DNA of 64,000 nt from Candidatus Cloacimonadales bacterium (GTDB lineage: Bacteria; Cloacimonadota; Cloacimonadia; Cloacimonadales; DAONDQ01): contig OY759316.1 in the NCBI GenBank assembly GCA_963662275.1, positions 1,024,001 to 1,088,000 on the forward strand. The letters run 5' to 3'. Position numbers and translations under genes: made by a program. Each line of letters begins with the position of its first letter. Positions within the stretch are counted from its first letter, which is position 1. The notes beneath the pieces were generated by a model. It saw only the letters and a program-made list of their open reading frames with translations, made no database searches and was not told where the DNA came from. This document shows positions 50,301-60,196 of this stretch, one piece after another.

Positions 50301-52051
50301 TTGGAGTATTTTGTGAGATTGGCAACTCGCTCCGCATATACCTGACGTTCCCTCGTAAGTGTATATTGTCTTTGCAGCCAGAGTTGGTCTCTATTTTTTT
50401 CCCTGTATCTGATCATAAATGCAACAAGGAAGTTTAAAAGAATAACAAAACTGAGGATGAACCATATTCTTGATCTCAATGGTCCATAGATTTCCGATCG
50501 ATCTATTTTTGATACGGAATACCAAGGGGTTCCGGGAATCGTGCCGATCATAGCAAGAACAGGTTTGCCACGATAGTCCATGCCTTCCACAATCCCTTTT
50601 TTCCCTTTGACTGCCATTACTGCCGGAAGAAGATTGTATTTGTCGATTGAATATCGCAAACGGAAAGCTGTATTTTTCTTATGTCTCAATTCATTCATAT
50701 AGACAACATCATTTCCTTCCCTGCGTACTAGAAGTGTCTCACCGCTTTTGCTGTAAGTAGGCCAGTTCTGAATCAAAGGATAGAGGTAAAGTGCTGGATC
50801 GTATTGAATGAGCCATATTGCCTGGGGTTTACCAGAACTGATTGAGACTGGTATCCAGATATTTAAACGGGTATTATAATGATTATCTGTACTATGATCA
50901 ACATCAATCTGAAAATCAGATTCGCATATTTTATTTTCAGCTAATGCACAATAATATGATGAATCATGAAGCAAATCAAATTTGTATGACCCGTTTGGTA
51001 TGCTGATTAGTTTTGTACCTTGTTTATCATATAAAACAAATCTGGCATATTTGTAATTTTGCTGACGATTTAGCATCCACTGTTCAATTTCATTTCTTTT
51101 TATTTCATTTGATTTGTCCTTAAGATAACTGATAACCGCATTTTTTACGATGACATTATTTAGAATAACGTCAGCATCAGCTAATTTATCCTGATACCAC
51201 TTGCTTATTTGATCTGTTTTTAGATCACCAATGATTTTTAATTCCTGGAAAGCTGAATTCCGAGCTGCATTATAAGAAAACCTCAGAACAACAATACCAC
51301 AGATTAAAATCAGAAAGGATATTAGGATATAATTACTTGCTGCACTGCTGCTTATGAGATGACTTGTCAGTTTTGAACTTCCAACTTCTTCATGAGAAAT
51401 ACCGGGGATTAATTCTCTGAAGCCATAAATACTCAGTATCGCAAAGTTGAGCAGAAAAAAGGCAAGTGCTGAATATAATGCCATTGTCAAAACGGATGAG
51501 TCAAAAAATATGGGCATACCTGCAGCAAAGCTGAGAATGATTGTTAGGCAAAAAAGAATATTTAAGATAGTTACAGATAATCCGACATATTGAAGGATTT
51601 TCCATTTACCATGCATTTTATGATTAAACAGCAGAGATATTACTGTTAAAATAGCCACAAAAGCTGTAGTAGGAGATATTACTCCAAGCTGTATGCCATT
51701 GATGTAACGATCTCCACTTATCATTTTATCGATTATCGGGGTACCCAAGTTTCCAAGTCGTATTACGATAACATACATGCAATATGAAATGATCGTTCCT
51801 AACAGTGTATAAAATATCAACTTATAATATTTGGTTGTATCATAGGATAACGAAAAGAGAGTACAAAAACAAAGAAACAGAATTGTGAAAGCCGAAGTAG
51901 GAGCCAAAGGCAATAAATCTGAGCGGAATGCTGATAATTCCCAACTGTGATGCAACCAGTTCAACAATCCAAGTATTGTGGAGATTATCACCAGAATTAT
52001 TAGTATCTCAACTGGCTTCCATAAGCGTTTCAGCGTAAACTTCATATTCAT
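47339..52051 (-). CDS. Membrane-bound multi-PAS histidine kinase with extracytoplasmic Cache-like domain
   Basis: N-terminal TMs, Cache-like segment (DYRG), about six PAS/PAC units, VSHDLR, DNGVGF, GIGLA. Confidence 0.92.
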   Translation of the reverse strand: MNMKFTLKRLWKPVEILIILVIISTILGLLNWLHHSWELSAFRSDLLPLAPTSAFTILFLCFCTLFSLSYDTTKYYKLIFYTLLGTIISYCMYVIVIRLGNLGTPIIDKMISGDRYINGIQLGVISPTTAFVAILTVISLLFNHKMHGKWKILQYVGLSVTILNILFCLTIILSFAAGMPIFFDSSVLTMALYSALAFFLLNFAILSIYGFRELIPGISHEEVGSSKLTSHLISSSAASNYILISFLILICGIVVLRFSYNAARNSAFQELKIIGDLKTDQISKWYQDKLADADVILNNVIVKNAVISYLKDKSNEIKRNEIEQWMLNRQQNYKYARFVLYDKQGTKLISIPNGSYKFDLLHDSSYYCALAENKICESDFQIDVDHSTDNHYNTRLNIWIPVSISSGKPQAIWLIQYDPALYLYPLIQNWPTYSKSGETLLVRREGNDVVYMNELRHKKNTAFRLRYSIDKYNLLPAVMAVKGKKGIVEGMDYRGKPVLAMIGTIPGTPWYSVSKIDRSEIYGPLRSRIWFILSFVILLNFLVAFMIRYREKNRDQLWLQRQYTLTRERQVYAERVANLTKYSNDIILTLDKNRNIIDVNQKAIDTYGYTEDELVKLNLDDLRLTSMRHLQSDFDWDSLAKEGIRMEITHLAKDGRHIEVEASIRSISIDDEILQQAIIRDITEHKRAEEALQISEENFRNIFTNSPVGISLTYMNGDLKVNKAFCDILGYTEEEFHAANWTEITYPDDIDVSQHHIDMLLAGEAKSVRFEKRYLHKNGSIVWVELQTTIQKDASNQPLFFLSSVSDITLKKQITDQLKETTEYLESLFNCANAPIIVWDNEYKITRFNHAFERMTGYESNEVIGMYLKILFPEVSRDVSFHKIMETSAGENWDVVEIPIQTKDDMVRIALWNSANIYSKDGSYLLTTIAQWQDITDRYNAEIALRLSEKDLNETQRIAKIGSWRLDLASNQVKWTNELYRMYDFDPELPPPPYTEHQKLFTRESWERLSTALANTTKTGNPYDLELETVRKDGSNGWMWVHGKVECDANGKIVGLLGAAQDITERKQVEVKLQVALERLQSVIDKVPFGAHTYVVDENNELIFSNFNLSANEILGFDHKPFIGRKIEEVFPMHATSEIPEIYRRVALTGEPFASIDYVYHDMTISGAYDIRAIQTGERRVTAFFMDVTERTKAEGEIRINQERLKMSQAIGHIGSWEYDLKSDTIWGSEESLRIYGLPQETSQMPIEQIEACIPEKERIHQALVDLIEEDKTYDLDFEIHPANHSATKIITSKAVLIRDENNNPMKVVGVIQDITDRKKTEEVIRLLNESLEQKVIDRTKQLSAAYKELEAFSYSVSHDLRTFLRGIDGWSMVLLEDYSNVLDAQGKRHLETIRAEAQNMGQVIDALLRLAHVSREEMEFEELNLSKMAEIVSQRLKSINKNRFIVVNIQPDMLDQGDFQLMEIVLIDLFDNAFKYTQTRNQARIEFGRSQIDGKLVYYIKDNGVGFDMLYVDKLFGTFQRLHKASDFAGTGIGLATVKRIINRHGGKIWANAEINKYAIFYFTLKEDS

Positions 52052-52183
52052 CTCCTAGAATGAATATCAATCCATTATCCCGGTAGCATGATAAAGAATG
52101 GTTAACATTCCTAATGAAGTATTTTTACATCTTAGTCTTCTTTACTATATTAACTTTTATGCAATATGATGTCAAATTAAAAA

Positions 52184-52263
52184 GTAGAGACGCCCAAGGT
52201 GGGCGTCTCATTTCCCTGATTGACAGATGAATGGGATGAGACGCCCTTGTAGGTCGTCTCTAC
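52184..52263. repeat. REP doublet at the 3' end of the second RAYT
   Basis: GTAGAGACGCCCAAGGTGGGCGTCTC ... GAGACGCCCTTGTAGGTCGTCTCTAC; the GTAG supplies the RAYT stop codon. Confidence 0.9.
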
Positions 52264-52793
52264 GGTTCAAAATACAAATCATCATTTTTCCATGTTTTGG
52301 GATTGTTGATAATATATTGCCGTATTATATCTAGTTCACCTTCTCGAATGATATGATCATAGAATCTCGATTGCCATGCGAAATTGATACCTTCTTTCTT
52401 CATCGTTATTGTACAAATACGTTTGTATTGATTGATAATAACACCTAATGTAGAGACGCTCAACTTGGGCGTCTCAATTGTAGTGTGACCGGATGAGACG
52501 CCCTTGTAGGTCGTCTCTACGATGTTAATAATGCCATGAATATGATTCGGCATAATTACGTAGTTATCTAATTGAACATTTGGAAAATGCGAAGGTATTT
52601 CATTCCAATATTTCAGAGCAATTTGTCCTGCTACAGATAATACTATTGTCTCATCCATAACATCACCAAAATAATACGCATGATTATTTGTGCAAATTGT
52701 TACGAAATACAAACCAGGTTGGGAATAGTCGAAGTCATTTAGTCGAATGGAATCGATACGGTATAGTCCTTTAAATTTTTGAGAATCTAACAT
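52260..52793 (-). CDS. REP-associated tyrosine transposase (RAYT/TnpA-REP; IS200-like HUH Y1)
   Basis: SIRL..FDYS, YFVTICT, VIMPNHIHGII, WQSRFYDHIIR, YIINNP. Confidence 0.92.
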   Translation of the reverse strand: MLDSQKFKGLYRIDSIRLNDFDYSQPGLYFVTICTNNHAYYFGDVMDETIVLSVAGQIALKYWNEIPSHFPNVQLDNYVIMPNHIHGIINIVETTYKGVSSGHTTIETPKLSVSTLGVIINQYKRICTITMKKEGINFAWQSRFYDHIIREGELDIIRQYIINNPKTWKNDDLYFEP

Positions 52794-52853
52794 AATTACC
52801 CTCCTTATTATGAAATATATTTATTCTGCAAATACAATTTTGTCAATATTAAA

Positions 52854-52975
52854 GTAGAGACGCCCAACTTGGGCGTCTCAATTGTAGTGTGACCGGATGA
52901 GACGCCCTTGTAGGTCGTCTCTACGGCACAATTGACGGATGGATGGGATGAGACGCCCAAGTTGGGCGTCTCTAC
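52854..52975. repeat. REP doublet plus third REP upstream of the second RAYT
   Basis: 52854-52924 matches the intragenic 52450-52520 copy (1 mismatch); extra inverted REP 52950-52975. Confidence 0.9.
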
Positions 52976-53413
52976 ATGGCATTACTAATTAATCTTGACA
53001 TGGATATAAAGTTAGGTAAATTTTAAATAAAAAATCAAAGAAATGAAAATTCCTTCTGTTGGAAGGAAAGGACGCAAGAATGAAGAAAGATGCCATCGGT
53101 TCAAAGCAAAAACCAACTGCTGCCATTGTTAAATTGCCTGATACTGAAGATTCTCTATCAAAGAGAAGATTTCCCATCATAGCCATAGGTGCTTCTGCCG
53201 GAGGATTGGCTGCGTATGAAACTTTCTTTTCCGCCATGCCATCCACAACTGTCAGCGGTATGTCCTTTATTATTGTGCAACATCTTTCACCCGACTACAA
53301 AAGCATTCTTTCAGAATTGATTGGAAGATATACAAAGATGTCGGTGTATGAAGTAACAGATGGTTTAATTGTAAAGCCAAACAGTGCCTACATCATTCCT
53401 CCCAATAAAGATA

Positions 53414-55274
53414 GAGACTGTTCATGAAGTTATTCATAATATTCAATAAGTTAGAAAGTAGCAAGTTGAAAAAAGTGGTCGAAACGGTCATAATTTAACA
53501 TACCTTCCAGAATTGACAGATAAGCTCTGCTAAGGACACCAAATCACAAGTTAAGCTTTTTGACTAAAATTGAAAAACACGCGATTATAAGTAATGTTTC
53601 GAAGCCGTTTCTGACTAAATGTGTAGTTAAAATCATATAAAATAGTTCTTTACAAGTTTTTTGCTATAGCTTCAATGGCATTTGTTACCTGGTAACAAAA
53701 GGGAGGATATTATGACAAAAAAACACTCCAATTCAAGAAGCGGTAAGTGTTAGTCATGAAAGTAACCAATACCATGTAAGTATTAACGTACCATTTTCAT
53801 TCACTTTGCCTGAGACAACATCAAACCACAAGTTCTTAATAGCGTTTCTACGCTTATTAGTAGGAATAGGCGGAGACAACCTCCTTACACTTCAGCAAAT
53901 AGCTGATCTGTTTAACTACGCAGACCGCAGGAATGTACATAATTTCTGGCAAGAGTTTGAGCAGCATGGTCATGATATCCTGGCATATTTAAGCCGGAAA
54001 GTTGACCTGCTGGAGTGTATTCCTCAGATCGAGAATTTTGTTATCAATAACCTGCTTTTACCTTTAAATGTCATGTATCAGGAGTTCATCAGCCATCATG
54101 ATTTTAAAATGTCCTATACCACTTTCTGCAAATATGCTTCTCAGGTCAATTCTCTGTCTGTAGTTAAGCAAGCTCAGAAGCTTCTTCTGAAAAAGACAGT
54201 AGGCGGTGATGCTGTACATCTGCTGAAACTGCTTGCCGGTCAGCAGAATACACCTGTTATCTGTGACAGACTCCTGGAACAAATGAAGACTGCTAAAGGC
54301 AATACATCCCATAGAACCGCCGATGCAAAGCCGTTCCATAGTCTGGAACGCAAGAACCTGTGTCTGCTGGTACATTACCTGGTTGGAAGCGGTATGAACT
54401 TCGAGACGATAGCTTTGCTGCTCAACACCTGTAAAGCTACAGTCTCAAATCTCTGGCATGAAATCGCTGACCTGCAGAGCCTGATTCTGAACTCAATCGG
54501 TAAGTGGAGCGGAAAGATCAGCATTGATGAGAAATATGTGAAGATCAAAGGTATTCCGTACTATGTCATCAGTATTGTTGATTTTGTGACTCACATCCCT
54601 CTGTTTTGTGAGTTGTATCCTGACACAAAGAAAGAATCATTCGAAGCATGTTTCAGAACCTTCAGACAGCTCTACAGGAAAGATCCAACCCTGATTGTCA
54701 GTGATGGCAGTAAATCGTTAGCAGTTGCAAGAAAAACAGTGTTTCCAAAAGTCCATTACCAACTCTGTAAGTTCCATAAGATACGAAATCTCTTCAAAAG
54801 AATCAGTCAATGTCATCTCCCTGAAGACAGGGACAAGTTCTTTAAGAAGAGGATTATGAAAGCTTTCCGAAGAGAAACGGCGGGCGGAAGGAAAAAGGGT
54901 ATCGCAAGCCTGACAGCTATTACTCCCCCAACCGCCGCCGAATACATCAAAAGCAATATCATTAGTGATTGGAGACACCTCAGCAAAGGTTTGACTTCCA
55001 ATGTCTCTGAACGCTGGAACCGCAAAATCAAGAAGGTGACATCCGGTAGATTTGGACTAAAATCTGAAGAAACCACCCGCAACCTTGTGTTTTCGCTTTG
55101 GTTCAAAGAACTGGTCGATAAAGGTCAACCAATCATGCGTCAGGAATCACTTTTAGCAAGTTTAAATATCTCCCGCATATGTCAAGAAAATGTGGATTGG
55201 TCGCACTTAGACCACTTTTTCTCTGTCACTACCAATAAGGCTGCGTAAAATGGAGGTTAATTTTGAACAGTCTC
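53414..55274 (+). mobile_element. Insertion sequence, IS256/Mutator-like (1861 bp)
   Basis: 11-bp terminal IR GAGACTGTTCA/TGAACAGTCTC; 8-bp target duplication TAAAGATA at 53406-53413 and 55275-55282. Confidence 0.92.
53806..55248 (+). CDS. DDE transposase (IS256/Mutator-like motifs)
   Basis: SIDEKY, VSDG, QLCKFH, TSNVSERWN; likely true start is ATG 53712, out of frame by one base. Confidence 0.85.
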   Translation: MPETTSNHKFLIAFLRLLVGIGGDNLLTLQQIADLFNYADRRNVHNFWQEFEQHGHDILAYLSRKVDLLECIPQIENFVINNLLLPLNVMYQEFISHHDFKMSYTTFCKYASQVNSLSVVKQAQKLLLKKTVGGDAVHLLKLLAGQQNTPVICDRLLEQMKTAKGNTSHRTADAKPFHSLERKNLCLLVHYLVGSGMNFETIALLLNTCKATVSNLWHEIADLQSLILNSIGKWSGKISIDEKYVKIKGIPYYVISIVDFVTHIPLFCELYPDTKKESFEACFRTFRQLYRKDPTLIVSDGSKSLAVARKTVFPKVHYQLCKFHKIRNLFKRISQCHLPEDRDKFFKKRIMKAFRRETAGGRKKGIASLTAITPPTAAEYIKSNIISDWRHLSKGLTSNVSERWNRKIKKVTSGRFGLKSEETTRNLVFSLWFKELVDKGQPIMRQESLLASLNISRICQENVDWSHLDHFFSVTTNKAA

Positions 55275-55281
55275 TAAAGAT

Positions 55282-57960
55282 ATGGCATTTGTAGAAGGGA
55301 AACTTTTTTTGACACCACCGATAGCCCAGCGTGGCTATAGGCTGCCTATCGACTTCTTTTTCCGTTCCCTGGCAGAAGATCAGCAGCATCTTGCCATCTG
55401 CATCATATTTTCAGGTACGGGAAGCGACGGCACACTTGGAGCCAGAGCCATCAAGGGTGAGGGGGGATTGGTCATAGCTCAGAGACCGGACACAACAGAG
55501 TATGATGGTATGCCTCAAAGCATCATTTCCAATGGGTTGGCAGATTATGTATTAGCTCCGGGAGAAATGCCTGCTGCTTTGATCTCCTATACTTCACATA
55601 CGCTAGTTTTTAAGCCTGATATAGAATCGTCTTCTGCAAAACAGCAGAATTATTTGGATAAAATATTTAACTTAGTTCGTACTCGTACAGGGCATGATTT
55701 TACGCAGTATAAACCAAAAACAATTATGAGAAGACTCGAAAGGCGAATGTCTATCAATCAAATCGAAAAGATAGAAGATTATCTCGCGTATCTCCAGACT
55801 AACATTTTGGAAGTTAATCTTTTATTTCATGATTTTTTGATAGGAGTCACCAGCTTCTTTAGAGATCCATCTTCATTTGAAGCACTGCAGGAAAAGGGGT
55901 TACCAGTTATCTTTGCTGATAAATCGGACGGATCAGTGATTCGAGTCTGGGTTCCCGGATGTTCCACAGGAGAAGAAGCTTATTCTCTTGCCATGATTTT
56001 ACAGGAGTATATTGAAAAACTTGATAAGGATTATACGATTCAGATTTTTGCCACTGATCTTGATGCGGTTGCCATTGCTCATGCGAGGGCAGGTATTTAT
56101 TCTATGAATATAGCAGCAGATATCACATCCGAAAGGATGTCCCGCTATTTTGTATTAAGCGCGGATAAACATACTTTTCAAATCCGAAAGACAATCAGGG
56201 AATTGATTGTGTTTTCAGAACACGACATCATCAAAGACCCTCCCTTTTCAAGGATGGATATAATTTCCTGCCGTAATCTCCTGATTTATCTGGATACAGA
56301 CCTGCAGAAGAAGATAATTCCTATGATGCATAATTCTCTGAATGAGAAAGGTATACTATTCTTAGGTTCCTCAGAATCCATAGGAGAACACCATGACTTA
56401 TTTAATTCCATAATTAAGAATCATAAGATATACCAGCGCTTGGGTTTGCCAACCAATCGCAATTACAGCGAAAGAAATCTGGCCAATCCGGAGTTGTTTG
56501 GTTTTAGTCCGATCCTAAAACCCATAGGTGGTGAAATAAAGAAAATATCATTTAAGGAAATTGCTGATTCTGCGCTATTGAAAAAATACGCCCCGGCAGC
56601 AGTAATTATCAATTCCAAAGGCGAAGCTTTATATTTTCACGGTAGAACTGGAAAGTACCTGGAACCTGCACCCGGAAATGCAGAAATCATGCTGGTTAAG
56701 ATGGCACGCGAAGGTTTGCATACGAACCTGGTAAATGCAATCCATAAAGCCACGGTTACAAAAACTTCTGTAATTTACCCGAATGTGAGAGTAAAAACCA
56801 ATGGTGATCATACAACCATCAATCTGTCTGTAGAACCGATAGCACTATTAGCGAACCAGAAGGCAAATTTTGATAGTGATTTGTATATCGTGATCTTTGA
56901 GGTAGCACCCTTTCCCGATTTTGAAGAAAAGAAGCCAATTCGAGGCAAAAAATCTATTACTCAGAATGATGAATTACTGAAGAGAATCACTGCTCTTGAA
57001 TTGGATAATCGCACTAAAGAAGAATATATTCAAACCTATAATGAGGAAATGGAAGGCTCTAACGAAGAATTGAAATCCATCAATGAAGAGCTGCAATCTG
57101 TGAATGAGGAAATGCAGTCGACCAATGAGGAACTGGAAACATCGCGGGAGGAATTGCAATCCGTTAATGAAGAACTTGCCACCGTAAATGCTGAATTACA
57201 GAGCAAAATCCAAAATCTTTCCAAGACTGAAAACGATTTAAGCAATCTTCTATCCAGTACCGGAATTGGTACGATCTTTGTCGATTTACAGCAGATAATC
57301 CAACGTTATACTCCTTCTGCTTGTAAAATAATCAAGCTGATTGATCGGGATATCGGACGTCCGTTGAGCGATATTATCACCAACCTGATCAATTATGACA
57401 ATTTATCTAATGACATTCGATCTGTTTTAGATACTTTGATTCCCTTCGAAAAGGAAGTCCAGGCTAATAACAAAGATTGGTATTTACTGCGTATTATTCC
57501 TTATCGGACTTTGGAAAATCTAATCATGGGTGCTGTAATTACTTTTACTGATTTCACGACAATCAGGAGAGCAACGGAAATTATTCTGCACGAACATGAA
57601 ACGCTCAAGAGGTTGACTGCTGTTGTATTGGATGCCTCAGATGCGATTACTGTACTTGATTTATCCGGTAAAATCCTAGCTTGGAATCCCGCTGCTGTAA
57701 AGATGTACGGCTACACTGAAACGGAAGCCCTGGGGATGAAAATATATGATATCATACCGGAATCAAAGAAAAGTTCAGCTAAAATCGCTTTTACGACTAT
57801 CCTTCATACAAAAGTTAAACCTTTTCCTGCGCAACGAATCTGTAAAGATGGTAGTATCATACAGGTTTTGGTAACGGGAACTGCGTTAATTAATGCGGAT
57901 GGTGCCGTTTATGCCATATCAACAACTGAAAAGGAAGAAAGCAACCTGATAAATCTGTAG
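55282..57960 (+). CDS. C-terminal remainder of CheB/CheR-PAS protein (open frame)
   Basis: 892-aa ORF: partial CheB, complete CheR methyltransferase, coiled coil, PAS domains. Confidence 0.8.
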   Translation: MAFVEGKLFLTPPIAQRGYRLPIDFFFRSLAEDQQHLAICIIFSGTGSDGTLGARAIKGEGGLVIAQRPDTTEYDGMPQSIISNGLADYVLAPGEMPAALISYTSHTLVFKPDIESSSAKQQNYLDKIFNLVRTRTGHDFTQYKPKTIMRRLERRMSINQIEKIEDYLAYLQTNILEVNLLFHDFLIGVTSFFRDPSSFEALQEKGLPVIFADKSDGSVIRVWVPGCSTGEEAYSLAMILQEYIEKLDKDYTIQIFATDLDAVAIAHARAGIYSMNIAADITSERMSRYFVLSADKHTFQIRKTIRELIVFSEHDIIKDPPFSRMDIISCRNLLIYLDTDLQKKIIPMMHNSLNEKGILFLGSSESIGEHHDLFNSIIKNHKIYQRLGLPTNRNYSERNLANPELFGFSPILKPIGGEIKKISFKEIADSALLKKYAPAAVIINSKGEALYFHGRTGKYLEPAPGNAEIMLVKMAREGLHTNLVNAIHKATVTKTSVIYPNVRVKTNGDHTTINLSVEPIALLANQKANFDSDLYIVIFEVAPFPDFEEKKPIRGKKSITQNDELLKRITALELDNRTKEEYIQTYNEEMEGSNEELKSINEELQSVNEEMQSTNEELETSREELQSVNEELATVNAELQSKIQNLSKTENDLSNLLSSTGIGTIFVDLQQIIQRYTPSACKIIKLIDRDIGRPLSDIITNLINYDNLSNDIRSVLDTLIPFEKEVQANNKDWYLLRIIPYRTLENLIMGAVITFTDFTTIRRATEIILHEHETLKRLTAVVLDASDAITVLDLSGKILAWNPAAVKMYGYTETEALGMKIYDIIPESKKSSAKIAFTTILHTKVKPFPAQRICKDGSIIQVLVTGTALINADGAVYAISTTEKEESNLINL

Positions 57961-58025
57961 TACGTTGTAACATAGATTGGTAATCTGTTGTAACTGACAA
58001 TGGTATTGTCAGATTCTAAAGCTCT

Positions 58026-58182
58026 TGGAGTTCAACTTGCCAAGATGACTTTGAAATGATCTGAATGTAATAGTCAAGTTGGATTTCAAGCCTGAATTGA
58101 GTAATAAGTTACGTTGGGTTTGAAGTCCAAATTTCCTACTAGCTGGGTAGTCACAAAAGATACGAAGGAAATTTGAACTCCA
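58026..58182. repeat. Two hairpin modules in opposite orientation (63 + 62 nt)
   Basis: 58026-58088 (TGGAGTTCAACTTG...CAAGTTGGATTTCA) and 58121-58182 (TGAAGTCC...GAACTCCA). Confidence 0.75.
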
Positions 58183-58213
58183 AATGATGCAAAGGACGAA
58201 CAAAGGAGTTACC

Positions 58214-59902
58214 ATGAACTCTTGCGAATCTGATCTGGAAAAGGTAAAAGAACTTCGAGAGCAAGCTGAGCAATTAGCTAATTCAAAGCTGGATACTTTA
58301 GATTTTAACTCTTTATCCAAAGAGGAAATTCAGAAACAACTTCATGAATTGAATGTTCATCAGATAGAGCTAAAACTCCAAAATGAGGAATTGCAAACTA
58401 CCCAGGAAGAATTGGAACTTTCGCGTGCAAAGTACTTTGAATTGTATAATAATGCTCCAGTTGGTTACATCACTCTAAATGATAAAGAAATGATCGTGGA
58501 AGCTAATCTACTATTCTGCAATTTATTGGCATATCCGAGAAAAGATATCATCAACAGGCTTTTTTCGAATCATATCATTCCAGATGACCAGGATATATAT
58601 TATAAATTCACAAAGCAATTCAAGAAATCAGATTCAAAGGAGTCGTGTGAACTGAGGTTAGTAACAAAAAATCTTAAGCAGTTTTATGCCAGTATTGCTG
58701 CTACCAGGGAATATATAGAAGGAACAGATGAATTTATCTATTATTTTGTAGTCACCGATATTTCTGAAAGAAAGTTGCAGGAATTAATGAAAAATGCTCA
58801 GTATCGTCTTCTTCAAACCCTTATCGATAGTCCAGAGGACATTATATTCTCTCTCGATACAAATTACCGTTATACTGCTTTCAACAACAATCATAAAGAA
58901 GAAATGAGGAAGATTTGGAAAGCAGATATTTCTGTTGGTGATAGGATTTTAGAATACATGTCTATACCTGAATTCGTTGATCAAGCTAAACAAAGCATGG
59001 ATAGGACTCTCCAAGGTGAACGGTTTACGGAAGTGATTCATCAGTCTGATCAGAATAAATACTACGAAATGGATTGGAATCCGGTTTATGGCGATGATTC
59101 GAAAATAGTCGGTTTGACAGCTTTTGTTAGAGATATTACGACAAGAAAAATGGCTGAGGAGATCATCAAAAACAACAATGTATTCTTAGAACAGAAAGTG
59201 AAGGAAAGAACCTCTGAACTGGAGTTATCGAAAAATGAGCTTGAAGCATTCTCTGCCTCGGTTGCTCACGATCTTACAAGTCCTTTGCGTTCAATAGATG
59301 GTTTTTCACAAATCTTGTTAGAAGATTACGATATGGTATTAGATGATGCAGCAAAACTTCTGTTAAAGAGAATCAGGAAAAGCGCTATCAAAATGGATGA
59401 GATTATTACATCTCTACTTCATTTAGCCCATATAACGCAAAGTGAATTATATCAAGCTCCAATAGAAATGAAGAGATTAGTTTCGAATGTATGGGAAGAA
59501 ATTCAACGCGAAACCAAAGGTGCAACATCTTTGAATCTTACTGAACTTCCGGATGCAATAGGAGACATCAACCTAGTCAAAATTGTATGGGAAAATCTTC
59601 TTTCGAATGCACTCAAATTTACACTAAAAATGCCACTTCGAATGATCACGATAACCGGAGTTGTAAAAGAACAATTTGCGGAGTATTGTGTCGCTGATAC
59701 AGGTGCCGGATTTGATATGGAGTATTACAGTCAATTGTTCGAAACATTTCATCGGTTGCATAGTGACCAGGAATTTGCAGGTAACGGTATAGGCTTATCC
59801 ATTGTTCAAAGAATCGTGAATAAACATGGCGGGAAGATTTGGGCAACCAGCGAAGTGAATAAAGGTGCGAAGTTTTATTTTACACTACCCGTGATTTCGT
59901 AG
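58214..59902 (+). CDS. Cytoplasmic PAS histidine kinase (CheBR-associated type)
   Basis: HELNVHQIELKLQNEEL, two PAS, VAHDLTSPL, NALKF, GIGLS; RBS AGGAG before ATG 58214. Confidence 0.92.
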   Translation: MNSCESDLEKVKELREQAEQLANSKLDTLDFNSLSKEEIQKQLHELNVHQIELKLQNEELQTTQEELELSRAKYFELYNNAPVGYITLNDKEMIVEANLLFCNLLAYPRKDIINRLFSNHIIPDDQDIYYKFTKQFKKSDSKESCELRLVTKNLKQFYASIAATREYIEGTDEFIYYFVVTDISERKLQELMKNAQYRLLQTLIDSPEDIIFSLDTNYRYTAFNNNHKEEMRKIWKADISVGDRILEYMSIPEFVDQAKQSMDRTLQGERFTEVIHQSDQNKYYEMDWNPVYGDDSKIVGLTAFVRDITTRKMAEEIIKNNNVFLEQKVKERTSELELSKNELEAFSASVAHDLTSPLRSIDGFSQILLEDYDMVLDDAAKLLLKRIRKSAIKMDEIITSLLHLAHITQSELYQAPIEMKRLVSNVWEEIQRETKGATSLNLTELPDAIGDINLVKIVWENLLSNALKFTLKMPLRMITITGVVKEQFAEYCVADTGAGFDMEYYSQLFETFHRLHSDQEFAGNGIGLSIVQRIVNKHGGKIWATSEVNKGAKFYFTLPVIS

Positions 59903-60011
59903 AGACACCCTACATGGGTGTCTCATCCGGTTGGGGTAGATATGAGACGCCCAGGTTGGTCGTCTCTACGCTGGCGGGTGGAAATGAGACGCCCAGGTTG
60001 GTCGTCTCTAC
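59899..60011. repeat. REP triplet, GAGACGCCC family
   Basis: GTAGAGACACCCTACATGGGTGTCTC plus two inverted GAGACGCCCAGGTTGGTCGTCTCTAC. Confidence 0.85.
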
Positions 60012-60196
60012 GCTGGTGGAGGGAAACAAGACAGGATGCTTGTATTGACCCATTCCTCTCTTTGGATAAAGAGGTGGGTGTAGGGGCTTGCGGTAGTATG
60101 CCCTTCTTCGGAGAGTTTGAAAGCTGATTGTGAACTAATCGGGTTTGAACTTCCCTGAAAACAGGTTTTCGCTACCGAGAATGAAAATGTCGATTT

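Larger units (their letters stand above)
53080..57960 (+). pseudogene. CheB/CheR fusion protein with PAS domains, interrupted by an IS
   Basis: N-part GASAGG, VQHL, YIIPPNKD; C-part RLPIDFFFRSLA, GTGSDG, GCSTGEEAYS, SCRNLLIY, NEELQS coil; removing the IS plus one 8-bp repeat restores ...PPNKDMAFVEGKL in frame. Confidence 0.92.

Noticed and set aside
56974..57245. Antisense ORFs over the NEELQS region, and other short antisense ORFs in the track
   Set aside because: Shadows of well-supported genes on the opposite strand, with no independent motifs.
53080..59902. Chemotaxis operon
   Set aside because: No cheA, cheW or MCP genes; CheBR-PAS plus kinase is a known non-chemotactic arrangement.
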